From assembly GCA_965178125.1 (NCBI GenBank), contig OZ237775.1, positions 186,001-250,000 of the forward strand: a stretch of 64,000 nucleotides of DNA. Reading direction: 5' to 3'. This stretch comes from Bilabrum cf. latius (lineage: Eukaryota). Below the pieces are notes generated by a model. It made no database searches and was not told the DNA's origin. It worked only from the letters and a program-made list of their open reading frames with translations. The position numbers were made by a program, and so were the translations under genes. This document shows, piece by piece, positions 1 through 12,267 of the stretch (position 1 is the stretch's first letter; each line of letters starts with the position of its first letter).

Positions 1-467
1 GCGGGGGCGATGCTGGGGAGCGAGGCACCGAGGACGCAGCAGCTGCTCGCCTCTCCCCGGCCGCTGTCGGAGCAGCGAGATTCCAGGGAGCGATAGAGTC
101 TTCTAGAGACCTGATCGCTATGATAGGCTCCGAGTCGGGAGGCTGTTTATTGCAATGCAAGCCTGTGGACGTTGCAACGGAGGAGCGGAGCACTGTGGTG
201 TTGGCCATGGCACGGCTTCCACTGGCTCGATGCAGCTCGATGGAGTGCATGCGGTCGGATTGATCGGCGGTAAATGCTGCCTGGATCAATCTCATTGTAT
301 CCATGCATTGAATCGAGCGGGAAGTATTTTGCTTGTCTGATCCGAGTTGCCTCTTGACACATTTGAACATTATTCGAAGATGCGAGCGGCATGTGTAGCC
401 GTACTGGCTGCATGTGTGTCATGTATATGGTCCTTACTCGGCTTATAGTCTGCGAGCTTGTCCACAG

Positions 468-3400
468 GCGAGCTTAAGGTACGGGGGACGTTTGCGGCTG
501 AGACTGCGCTGTTCACAGCAGAAGACCCCAACTACAGCTTCAAAGCGCAGGATGTGAGCCGAGTCTCAACCAAATACATACTGATTGCAGCGACACAATC
601 GCCAATTTTTGCTATGTTGCCCGCTGTGGGTTGAACTGCTCGCAGGTATCGGCAGCCCATGGGTACTCTGAGGCATACGCTACAAAGCTGTGGAAAGCGG
701 CGTCTAGTAGTGATATCGGCCAAGCGTGGGAAGGCATAGTTGACACTTGGACAGCGGGTGTACTGCGCGGCATGGGCTTCCAGACAGCGGTGCAGCCTCG
801 CGGCGGGGTCGTGGCTCTGCTGCGTGGCCCAGGGGGTGGCGCAGACACGGACTCTATCGTACTGAGCGCATTCGAGCCTCGTGCGTGCTGGTCTCTTGGA
901 CGAGGCAGCAACAGCACGCACCACGGTGGGCCGGCTGCATCCCTCGTGGACTACGCGTGGAGCGGCAACGGCAGGACTGTCTGCTCGCTGCGGCATTAGT
1001 ACGGTTCAAGCACAGCCGCTGCTGGCGGCGATGCTTCTCACCCGCCAATCATCCGCTGCACGCAAAATACGGCGGGACTCTTCGTCCTGCTCGCCTCCCT
1101 GCAGCGCATTGCAGCGTCCCCATGGCGGGCCAAAGACGTTGTGGTGGCTATCCTGCCGCCCCCAGGTCACTCGTCACACCTCGCGCCGCGGTGCGGGGCT
1201 GCCGGCAGAGGCGTACGCGGCGAGAGCAGACGCGCGCATCTACCCCTCACTCGTCACACCGCTGACCCGTCGCTTCTCCTTCGTCGTCGCGCCCGACAGC
1301 TCGCCTCGCTGCTGTCGGTCTCCGCACCCCCCCCTGCTGCTGCTGCTGCTGCATCGCGCGGGGGCGATAACCGGAACAAGCCCGGGCCGCACCTGCCTCC
1401 CTCGATGAGGCTATCCGCGGCACCCACGTCCGGGGTGGCGCTCGCTTGGCCTTGGGGCGGCGCCGCGCGCGGCATGGCGGTGGTTCCGCAGGGCCTGGGC
1501 AGCGGATCGGCCTCGGCCGACATGGACCTGTTGCACAAGCTGGTGCAGGACATCGCCGAGCCTGCTGTGCCCAGGGCCAGGGCAGTCGGTGCGGGGAGGG
1601 GCGTGGGCGGTGGACTGGCGGGGGTGGGAGGTGGGGCTGGTCGCGGGAGTGATTTCGCCAAGAAGGGCAAGGGTAAGGGCAAGGGAGGCCGCGCGCGGAT
1701 TGGGTACGGGCGCGGGGCCACGCCTGCCCCGGGCACGGTGGTCGCTGGATCGGATCATGGATCGGATCATGGGTAGGGGGCTGCTCGGTCAATGATGACG
1801 AGTGCGGGCGCCCTTGTGCTGGACTGCGGCAGGTGCCAGGTGCCTGCAGGTCGAGCAGGCGAGAGAGGAGGGAAGGAGGGGTCGGGTGAAGACAGCGTCC
1901 AGAGACAGTGGAGGCAGGGCATGGTGGTGTCAGTCGGTGACCTGAGTACCGCAGGGGGTGGTCAAAGCGGGGATGGGACTGCGCTACAGGCTTGGATGGA
2001 GGGCGGGTGTATCCGGATGTGTGGCGGAAGAACAACAGCAGCAGCAGCAGCAGAGACAGGGACAGGGACAGGGGCTGGGACCGGGGCGGTGGGAGAGGGC
2101 GTAGAGGCGGGCTGGAATCAAACGGAGGTATTCTCCGATCTAGAGGCGGAGGCAGATCCACGCGCGTTGGCAAGCCCTCAGGAAGCAGCACATACTCGCA
2201 GCAGAGGTATCGGTCGAGAGCTAGAGCAACACGGAGAAGTCTCAATGACGACAACGACGACGACGACGACTGCACCCGGTGGACTGGCAGTGGGGCTCTG
2301 GGCTCTTGTATCCTCCCTTCGGCATGCGTGGCTAGGCGCCGCGCAATGGTCCGGGCTGGTTCCGCACGCGGCCAGCTGGCAGCTGCGGACCAGCGCCGAG
2401 GGTTTGCAGGCCAGTTGGGTGCATGGTGACCCGGGTCAGCTTGGCCACACATCGGCGGCTGCGTTCGCGTCAGGACGCATCCAGTGCCCCGTAGGTAGCG
2501 GGAGGCACCGCATGCCCTCCGTTTTGGATAATTGGGCTCCCGGGTTCGAGCCCCGTAGCGCCCCGCCCCTGGATCTCGATCGCATCGCCACGGTGCAGTG
2601 CGACCAATTCCGCAGAACAGCCGCGGAGGGTGCTCACCTGCACAGACAGGCCGACAGGGGCATGGGTCTTCTTCCTGCGGTGTCAAGGAATATCCCAGCA
2701 GGGAGGTGGGACGGGGGCAGCAGTGCCATGCACCCGCTCCTCGCCAGCGACGCTGCCGCCGCTGTGATCGCGCCCTTCCTCACGCATGGCGTGGATCTCG
2801 TCGGGATCGCCGCCGATGGTGTGACGAGTAGTATTACCCGCGGCGACCGGGCGGGCACCACAGGCAATCGGCTATCCCTGGAGCTGCGCTGCTCTCCCCT
2901 TGCGACCAACTCGACCGGAGCAGTTGCTCCGTGCTCGCCCATGGATGCCGATCTCGCGTACATCGCGGGGGAGTCCGGCAAGCAGCAGGTGCGGGCTGTG
3001 GGCCGCACCGTCGTGCAGTACTTTCGCATGCTGAACGGGCTGGAGGAGCGGCCCCACGCCGGGCAGCCCTTCTACCTACTGTCTGGGCCCAGTCGGTTCG
3101 TGGGTCAAAGCGAGGTGGTGCTGTTGGTGGCGGTGGCAGTGGTGCCTCTGCTGCTGGCGGCGCTGCTTCATGCAGGGCGTGCATCCAAGGGCAGGGCCGG
3201 GTAGGGGTGCGGCAATGGGCTGCACCTTGGGCGCGCCGTGTGTGTCGGTCTGCTGCCCCTGCTGCTTGTGGCGTGGTGCATGCATCGCATTGCGGTGCGG
3301 TACGTGCCCCAGGAACTTGGAGTTGCAACCGGGATGGCAGCGGGGCGACTGCATTCATCATCGTTGGTTGGGAGCGTCGCTGGCCCTGGCATGGGCGAGG

Positions 3401-6117
3401 GCGAGGGCGAGGGTGGTCTTCATATGTACGACCCTATCGGCGAGAATGACCACGATGGGGAGGAGCGCAAGGAGGAGGAAGAAGGAGCGAGGAGCGCGTT
3501 GTTTGTCTCCACTGCCACCCTGCCGTTCAGTGGAATCTCACCTGGCATCGCATGGACCGAGCATACAGCCAGCGCCAGCACCAGCACCGCGATGGATGGA
3601 GGTGCACCCGCAGCCATGGGGCCCGGCGTGCTGTCCCTCTTGGTGGAGACGGGGGGGGCCGCTGCAGCGGCTGGCCTGGCTTCGCTGCGAAGCGCGTCTG
3701 CCATGCTAGGCGAATTACTGCGAGTACTCGTGTCCGGCAGGGCGGTTGCAACCTCGAGAATGGGGATGGGCGCGGTGATGCGGCTGGCAGGGGCCGGGTG
3801 CGACCTCGGGTCCGGTGAGCCGGTTGCAACCCAGTTGCGACCGGCTGTCGCTGGCATGCTGGGCCGCGATTGGAGGCGGCTCTGCCGGCTCGCTAGCACA
3901 GCTGGTGTGACGAGCGTCGATTCCACCGGTGTGACGAGTGGGTGGCTTGCCCTGGTTGAGACGCTCTCGGCCCGGGCCATTCTGGCTCAGGATCCGCTGC
4001 TCCCGCCGGTTGCAACCGCGGGAGGTGCGCTTGTCGCGTGGGTGGCGTGGGCGGCGGATGGGGTGGCATGGCTCGCCGGGGGCGCGGACCCGGTGCATGC
4101 CCCTCGAAATGTATCGGTTGAGCTGCTGTTTGGCGCTAGCCTGGTGTCCTGCTCTGCCGTCTGCCTCCTGGTTGCAACCGCGGTGCTGCAGCCGGGGCTG
4201 GCGGTGGCGGCCGACCTGAGCTGGGCTTGGGTGGTGCAGTCCTCTGCGCGGAGCAGGGAGCTGAGGCTGTCGCGTGAGGCATTAGATCGGATCGATCGGA
4301 GCACATGGAAGGGAGGCGCGGGAGGGGACTAGAGCGGAGCACAGGCCCAGACCCCCCGTACGCTGCTCCGGCAGATCTTGTGGGAGATCATGCCCGACCC
4401 TCGGCTGGCCGACGTGCTCCTTCACCGCCGAGCAGCTGCTTTGATCCGATCCGTGGAGTCGGTTGCGTTCGCCAGAGACCGTTTGGGTGCCGTGGCAGGC
4501 GCGGATCACCGGCCGCTCATGGTCCCTCCCGGGGTGCGGCAAGCGGCGCGAGATGCACTGGACCGGGGTTTTGCTCCCCCCCGGCATGGCGCATAGGGTG
4601 CCAAGGACACGGCATCGTCCGAGACAATCGATGCAGCGAGCAAAACAGGGGGAAGGGATGACCCACACGGGTCTCAGACGGGTGCATCAGCCGCAACTCG
4701 CCGCAGGGATGCCGCGACAGCACCAGAGCCGGTCCATGAAGCAGTCCCACTCTCCGGCTAGGATGCACTGTATGACGAGGGCCGTGCCCTGGTAGAGGAG
4801 GGCATCGCTGAGGGGTTTGCGGGTGCGATCGACCCTGATACATTCGATGAGTGGAGGCTTGAGCTGCCATCGAGACTGGATCTCGGGAATGGGCTGGAGG
4901 ACGAGGAGGAGGAGGAGGTGGCGGGGCTGACCAACGCTGGTGGTGCTGGTAGAGTCGGCAAGGGCGGTGGGAAGCTTGTCGGGCAATGGGGTGTGACGAG
5001 TGCAGCGGGTGCCGTGGCTCTGGGCCTGGAAGAGCGTGAGCGGGCTGTGGGCGGGTGGGTGTGGAGTTTGCTGCATCTCGGGGCGGAGGAGGCACCTGCG
5101 AGATAGTGTGCTGGGCGAGACCAAGCGAGCGAAGAAGATGCGGAAGCAAAGGCGATCAAGGAGGGGCGAGACGGTGAGAGTGGATCACAGAAGGACTCCG
5201 GCTCGGACGGGGAGAGGCAAGGCAAAGGGCCCTGGAGCGGTCTGCGCTCGTCACATCTCACTGGGATGGCCAACTCCAGGGTGATGAGTGCACTGGCTCT
5301 CCCTCAGCCGATCGGAGCAGAAGCGGGGAATGCCTCCGCAGTGACGTCAGCGGACCTTGCGGCCTGGTCGCAAGCGGGCGCGATGCAGCGGATTCTCGGG
5401 AAGGCGCAGCCAGGGAACAAATCGAATGCAGGGAACAGTGGACGTGCAGGGGTCAGCGGAACCAGCGGAACGGCTGCACCGGCCTCCGTCACCGCGCTGT
5501 GGCAAGCGGCTGTGGTTCTGCTTTGTGCCCTCCTGGGGACCAACACTCTCCTGCACCTGCCGATCGGAGTCGTGTGGGTGCCCTGGATCGCACTCGTCAC
5601 AGCGGTAGGGACGCTGGCTGTGTACGGCGGCTGCGGCTGCCGCTGCTGCGGCTGCTGCCGACGACCGGGGCTTGGCCGGCAGGCTCACCACGGCCCGGGG
5701 ATCCACCGTGTGACGAGTGTGCTGCGTGTGCTTGCGGCAGGGCTCTGTGCATCCCCAGTGACCGCCGTGCTACTGGTGGGCGCGGCCACCGGGCTGCTCC
5801 ACGCCCTGGATGCTGCCGCTGGCAGCGGGTGCGGGGTCGGGGCGGCGGGGGACTCCGTGGTGCCTGCTGCCTCCCGAGAGTCCGCGCTTGCTCCGATCCT
5901 GTGCCTCGCTTCAAAGATGAGTGTCGGTGACGGCATGTGGAGCGGTGTGACGAGTGTGCTTGAGGGGATCGGTGCGCTCTCCCAGCGGGCCTCTAGTGCG
6001 GCATCGGGCGAATCGGGCGAGGAGGCCTTGCTGATGGCTCCGTGGAGGGTAGTCTGCTGGGGGCTCCTGCCTCTTCTAGTGGGAGCGGCGCAAGTTGTTC
6101 TGATTGCAGTTGTGTGA
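468..6117 (+). CDS. GPAA1: GPI transamidase subunit GPAA1/Gaa1-like, greatly expanded (~1,850 aa); 5'-most exon unresolved
   Basis: ORF pieces 631, 1141, 1792, 3238, 4378, 4918 and 5266 share one frame, separated only by TAG (997, 1774, 3202, 4330, 4594, 4759, 5104); ends TGA 6115-6117. Gaa1 motifs: 'GTFAAETAL' (cf. TYFSENAL), 'LLRGPGGGADTDSIVLSA', 'PWRAKDVVV', 'NMDLL'-like 'DMDLL', 'GRTVVQYFRMLNGLEERPHAGQPFYLL', then multiple TM segments. Inferred exon 468-553 and intron 554-645 (GTGAGC...CTCGCAG). Confidence 0.8.
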
Positions 6118-6609
6118 TTGTGACGAGCATCTCGGCTCGGAAGTGGGTTTGGGTGGGAAACAGGATCGGGCAGGTGTCAATCTAGACGAGATGAGCACCA
6201 GGTGCTGCTCTGCTTTCAAATGGCTCTCCTACACCCTTGATACCTGTAGCAGCCGTGCTTCTAGATTAATCGCACGGCTTAAGTTCCGAAATTTGCGCTA
6301 ATCAAGCAGAGTTCTGCTCGGATTACCCCTTTCAATGGGGGTAGGTTCTGGGGTGGATATTTCCGTGACTGGGCACGGCATGTGACGACGACAAGCTGGC
6401 CCCACGCACAAAAATTGGGAGATGCCAGCTCAAACCCTCAAATACTTCGTCGCAGGCAATTTAATAGCCCTTATAGTCAGAAGGGGGCTAAACACTTACA
6501 ATATTTCATTTCGAACGTTCGATCACTTGGTGTTGGTGACTTGTTCGGGACCCTGCGCTGCATACAGCCCGGGACTCGCCGATCCAGCAAACGATTGAGC
6601 TCCTAGTCA

Positions 6610-9600
6610 ATGGAGCGCGGGTTGGCACACGCCTTTATAGTTACAGCTGTTATTCTCTAGTTGAGTACATGCAGTCTAGCTAGCAACGCAAATTTATTGC
6701 GGCCGGTGCTGCAGCGCCTCTGGCTGTCTACTTCGCGAGCCTCCGCGTCCAGCATTTGGAAAACTGCTCGTGGCTGGAGTCAAGGACAATCAGCACTATT
6801 ACCATGCGGTGCTGATCCACCAGGGGGTGCCGATTCTACTGCAGTCCCACCAGTTTCGTGGCCTGGAATCCAGTGCGTGTCGGGCAGTGGCGGAAACTGG
6901 TCGCTCCACGCCATCGATCTGGAAGGGTTTTAGCTGGCCGGCAGCTTGCCAGATGATAGCAGCCTTTGGTTTTCGTTGGGAGATGCGAACGTTCGCATGA
7001 TTTCGATGCAGGATAGCCCAGACCTTACGGGATCCGTGCCAGCTGCGATTTGCTAGCTCGCGTCCAGTCCTCGCGTGCTCGCCTTGGCTCGAAACGGCTT
7101 GGAAGGGGCTCTGCCAGAGTGCCTGGGCCGGGACTTATCAAGCCTTGCTGTGCTAGATCTCTCAAGTAACCGCCTTACCGGGCCCGTTGCGCTGCTCGGT
7201 GCCATTGCGCCCATGGCAAACCTCAAGGTGCTGCGGCTGCAGGGCAACCTCATCAGGGGCCCGTTGTTCCCCGCTGCGACCAACACCCCGGCGCTGAGGC
7301 AGCTCCTCGCTCACGACAACTACCTGACGGGACCGGTCCCTCCCCTCCCGCCGAACCTGGAGGAACTTTCGCTGCACGGCAACTTGCTTGCGGGCCCCCT
7401 CCCCGCCCTGCCAGAGAGCCGGTAGGGCGGGGGTGCCGTCAGCCTGCAGGTTGCAACCGTGACAGCGGGCAACCGATTCGCGTGCGACGCTTGCTACGGC
7501 GCTGCGTCCCCCGAGGATTGTTCCCTGGCCAGCGAAGGTTCGCCCATCCCCGAGGGCTGGGCGCGGGCGGACCCATTCGCGGCAAGGTACTGCGGCGCCT
7601 CGGGAGCCTCTGACGTCACTGAAGAGGCGAAGCGGGATGCTGCGGCATCCACTGACCCGGCTAGCGTCGGTCTTGTTCCCTGGCGATCCGCACGAACGTT
7701 CGGTTCCAGCGCCACGTGGGGGGTGTCGGCGCTTGTGCTGCTTGGCGTGTGGCTGGTGGCTGGGGCCCTTCGGCTGTGGGCGTGCGGGTGGACCAGGCTG
7801 AGGCTGGGAAACAGCCTGGACACATTTTCGGCCCTGCTGGTGCTGGCGCAGGGCCTAGATGTCGGTGTGGGCACTCTGGGGTAGGGTGCATCGCGCGGTG
7901 GTGCGGGCGCTCCATCGGGGGCGAGAGCGGGCAGTGGCGGCGGCGGCGGCCGGGTCGTGTCGAACCCTTTGGGCGACGTGGCCGGCCGCAGGCACACTCT
8001 CAAGAAGCAGGCATCAGTGATCGTCAGGCATAGCGATAGTGCCCTTGGGCAGCTCGAGGCAGATGCTCTAGAGGGGGGTGCGGTGGAGCTCTCTGCCTCG
8101 AGGCGGAGGCTGTCCGTGTCAAGGGCGGTGGAGCTCGAGGAGGAGATCGAGTCGGCGGGGTGCATCGCACGGTGCTGCGTGCCCTGCCTCGCTCTGTCGC
8201 ACTTTGGAGGGTCATGCTGCTACAGAATCTCACCCGGGTGCCACTACATCGTGTGCTGCGGGTGCTGCACGGGTGCAGACGATCAGCGGAAATAGCAGCT
8301 GCAGGATCTGAGGAAGGGTAGGAGGCTTGACCTGCCCTCCCCCAGGTCATCACCGGGATCTAGCCCGGGCTCGAGTCCTGGATCCAGTCCTGATTTTGGG
8401 CCCGCTGTGGGGGGCTGGCCGGCTGGTGCACCGCTTGGCGCAACGCCGGTGCTGGACGGGCAGGGGCCGGGGCTGGGCAGGGCCAGTGCCAGTCCCGGTG
8501 CTGGTCATAGTGCCAGTGCCGGGGGTGGGGCCGGTGCTGTCGCTGCCCCTGTGGAGGGCAATGCGGATAACGACATCGACGACGATGACGACGACAAGAT
8601 CGGAGCGGAGGACGCGAGGCACCTCCCGCCCGCCTCCCAGCTGGCAGTGCCTAAGGAAGGCCCCAAGCAAGGCGCGAAGACAGTGGCCAGCAGGCTGACG
8701 CTGGCCCTGCAGCGTTCCTCGGACTCCGAGGCACAGCAGAGGCGCGAGACCTTGTCGCTGATGGGGCAGGGCAGGCACGCGCAGGAGCAGGCAGAGAGAA
8801 AGAGAGCGGAGAGGAGGCTTGAGAAGAGCAAACAGGACCTGGACGGACTGTCCGGAGTGCTGCTGCAGGCTTCAAGGGCCGGTGCAGTGGCCCTTTCGGC
8901 ACAAGATCCCGCAGCAGCGAGGATCGTCCTGCTGGAGCTCTTCGCGGTACTGACCATGGTGCTTGCGGCTCTCATGGTGTACCTCGTGTTCATGCCGGCA
9001 CTGTTCGGGCTGCAGTCTGCGGCGGGGTCGGAGGGGCCGTGGACCACGTTCCACCACTCCACCACAGTGGTGCAGGTCCCGACCAATCTCATCAATCGCT
9101 GGGGAGCGTGGGGCTACAACGCCAGCTAGGTTACCCTGCCGGAAGATGGCGGCTCAAGGTCGTACGGCCGCCCCCTTTTGAACGAGGCCGGGCCTGAGGA
9201 CGAGGATGCCTAGCTCGGATTCGGCGGCGAGTGGGTGATCTGGCAGGCTACGGTGGCGGTGACTGTGGGCCTGTGGCTGTTTTGCTACATTTTGTGCATG
9301 CAGGCCCATGCTACCAGGCAGGGAGTGCTTGCTGGGCTGAGTCGAGTCCGGTACATGGTGTCACTCGGTGACAAGGGTCCTGCCGGGAGGCTGGTGCTGA
9401 GCAGCTCTCTAGGGGAGGGGGACAGGGTGCATGCAGTCAGAGTACTCCGAGGACCGCCCTTCGTGGAGATTGGGGCACCGTTCGGCAGGAAGCACGCAAG
9501 AGGGGTGGTCAAAGTGGAAGAGGGGCTCAGGAGAGGCAGCGGGGGGTCAACTGAAGCCGACGCCAAGGGACCCCCACGGCGGGGGGTACCCCCGGGGAAG

Positions 9601-11989
9601 GGACCCCCAGGTAGGGGACCGCCAAGCGCTCGACATCACGTCAGTGACCCTGGGGCCAGGACCCAGCCGCACAGGAGCGGATCGTCGTCCCAGTCGCCGT
9701 ACCGCGGGCATTCCACGATGCCGGCTGCCACTCCGGTCAGGCCCTCCGGCCGCCGTTCCACCGACGGTGATGACGAAGACGAGGAGTAGGACTGGTACGG
9801 TGCCCACGGGGGCAAACGAAGGTTCTACGGCCGCGATTCGCGCGAAGCAGCCCAGGCAGCCCTTGGACAAAGCGACGAGTGCAGCTGCGACTTGATCGCA
9901 ATGCGCCTGTCTTCCGTCCTAGCGCTCGCTGCAGGGGTGCTCTTGCCTGCCGCTCTATGTGCCTTGATTGCTGCCACCACGCAGATTCCGGGCACCTCCT
10001 GGGTCTCGCTGACAGGCTCAGAGGCCCAGGCGCAGCGTTTCCTCGCGGGCACAGTGTACATCCCGCTCATGGTTGCCGCTGTGCTGCCTGCCATGTCCAA
10101 GACAGTGTCCAGGCAGCACCAAGTCGCGGTTCTCGGCGGGATGATGCTCATGCTATTCGTGATAGGGCCGGTGCTCGCCACTGTGCTGCTGGACTCGCAC
10201 TGCCTGGGGGGCTACCTGTCCCTGTGGGCAATCGATGACAGGACGCAGGTGCAGTTCGGTGGCATCGGTGCAATGAGTGGGCTGGGGGAGGGACTAGGGC
10301 TTGGCTCACTGACCAACGGCACAGGGGCGCTGGCACCCTTCGCAAGTGGCGGATTTGACGGCGAGCTGTATAAGCGAGGCGTGTGCGCCCGGCAGGTGGT
10401 AGCCATCTTCGGGCCGGTGCTGGCTCAAGGACTCATTGCCAGCGGGGTGCTGTACACGCTGGTGGTGTACCTGGATGCAGAGGCCATCGGGAGCTCTGCC
10501 CTCGCTGCCTGCCGAGACGTGAGACAGGCCAGCACCCAGCACCAAGCGGGCTCGGGCTCGGGCGCGAGGGTTGGGGAGCACCAGCCGGGGGAGAATGCTG
10601 CGGTGTCCTCGATGGCACCGTGTTTGGCCACCTGCTCCTGCTGCGCATCGCCCTTGGATCTTCCAGTGACTGGTGCCTGTGTGTGCTCGGCTGGTCCGGC
10701 GCACGACTGTGTGTGTTGCTCGTGCGGGGCGAGCGGTGAGCAGGCAGACTTGGCGGGCGCGCGGTGCTGCGCGGGCCTTTGCTTCATGCGGTGCGGTCGG
10801 CTGGGCGGCAGGCTGATCGGCGACGAGACGGCGAGGCTGTCTCGTGCCAGAGGAGTGGCGGCCTGCACCGCCGCCAGGATGATGATCTCGAGATCTCCGC
10901 TGATCGGGCTGGGCATGGTGCTATGCCTTGCCGTGATCGGAGCCGGCGTCGGGCTAGCGACCTAGGCGGTGACGCTGGCCCTTGGGGTTGCCATGGCCGT
11001 CATGGGCTTCGTGGGGCTGGTTTCTCTCTCCTCACAGGCGGCCCGCGCAGACGCCGAGGAACACAAGCGGCTGGTGCAGATGGCGGCGAGCAAGCGGGCG
11101 AGGCCGGGGAGGGGGGGGGGGCGCGTCCATGACGAGGAACAGCCCGGGTGCATTGCGCGGCGGTGCAGCCACCTCCCCCCTGATGCTGGCCCGTCAGATC
11201 GACCTTGCGCAGCACGCTGCCACTGTGATCAGCCTGCTCCTGGTGGCCGGGATCTGGATGCCGCTGGACGGTTGGGTCACGGGAGCTGCCGGGCTGCTCC
11301 TCCTCTCTCGACTGGTGCAGCAGCTGGAGTACTTTAGCCACCTCCGGGCGGTGTCCACCTCGACGGATCCGTGCGACGGATCGGTGGAGCTTGCAGGCCT
11401 GCTTGCTTGTGGTCTCGTCTGTTTCCACTCTCTGACCATTTGGGCCGTGTGGGACGTGGGTGGGAGCGAGCAGGCGGTTGTAACCACAGCGCTGATCCCG
11501 TTGGTTGGCCTGGGCGTTGTGTGCATGCTGTGGGCCACCGGGTGGACGGGCTCCTTCGTGGGCGCGTGGCACGAGCTGGTCAGGGAACAAGTGGTGGCCA
11601 AACAGGGGCTCTGGGCGGTGGCCCCGGCCCGCGCCGAGGCGTTGCAGGGCATTGCAGTGTGGCTAGCGGATAGGGGAGGAGATGGGCCCACGGACCCGGA
11701 ATCGATGCGGGAGCTGCTGGGGTGTGAGACGGCGTCTGGTCCGAACGCCAGCGAAGTCAGGAGGGTGACACTTTGGAGGAGGCTGGTAGCGGCTGTGGGC
11801 ATGACTGAGAGGAGCGTGGGCGGGTTTGTCGACACAAAGGAGGGGGTGGCGGGGGGCGGGCTGCGGGATTGGCGGCCCTTGTACGCGGGGGCTGGATGGG
11901 GCGCCAGGTTCTGGAGGCTGATGCTGGCGAGCGCTGTGGGCGGAGGGGAGGGGGGGTTGAGGGCGGGTGCAGGCGGGGGCGGGGGCTGA
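6610..11989 (+). CDS. Signal peptide + leucine-rich-repeat ectodomain + multi-pass membrane protein (~1,790 aa); one frameshift near 11110-11180
   Basis: ATG 6610 'MERGLAHAFIVTAVIL', LRR N-cap 'WPGIQC', LRRs 'LAVLDLSSNRLTGPV', 'LRLQGNLIRGPL', 'LSLHGNLLAGPLP', many hydrophobic helices. One frame through 10 TAGs (6658, 6931, 7054, 7423, 7882, 8293, 9127, 9211, 9787, 10963). The TM-rich tail continues in the +1 frame to TGA 11987-11989. Confidence 0.7.
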
Positions 11990-12267
11990 TCCAAGACTGG
12001 ATGTATGGGTGGATTCGACCGCCGGGTGGTACATCTCTTTGACGTTTCAACTGTTGTTAGTACTCGCTCGAAATATGGTGCAATGGTTCGTCAAGGCGGG
12101 AAGGTAGGCCGGTCGGGAGCGAACGAACGAACGAACGAACGAATCGGGAGCCCGCGGGCCGCGGATACTGGTGATCTGATTTACGAGGTACGGTGTGGTT
12201 TCAGACATGTCCAATTGGCGATCAAGCTGCATCTTGCCGCGAGTCGCCAAGTACAAAGGCATCAGAG

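Noticed and set aside
1-263. Possible 3' end of an upstream gene (frame 3 open to TGA ~261)
   Set aside because: Too short and without motifs; frame and strand cannot be fixed.
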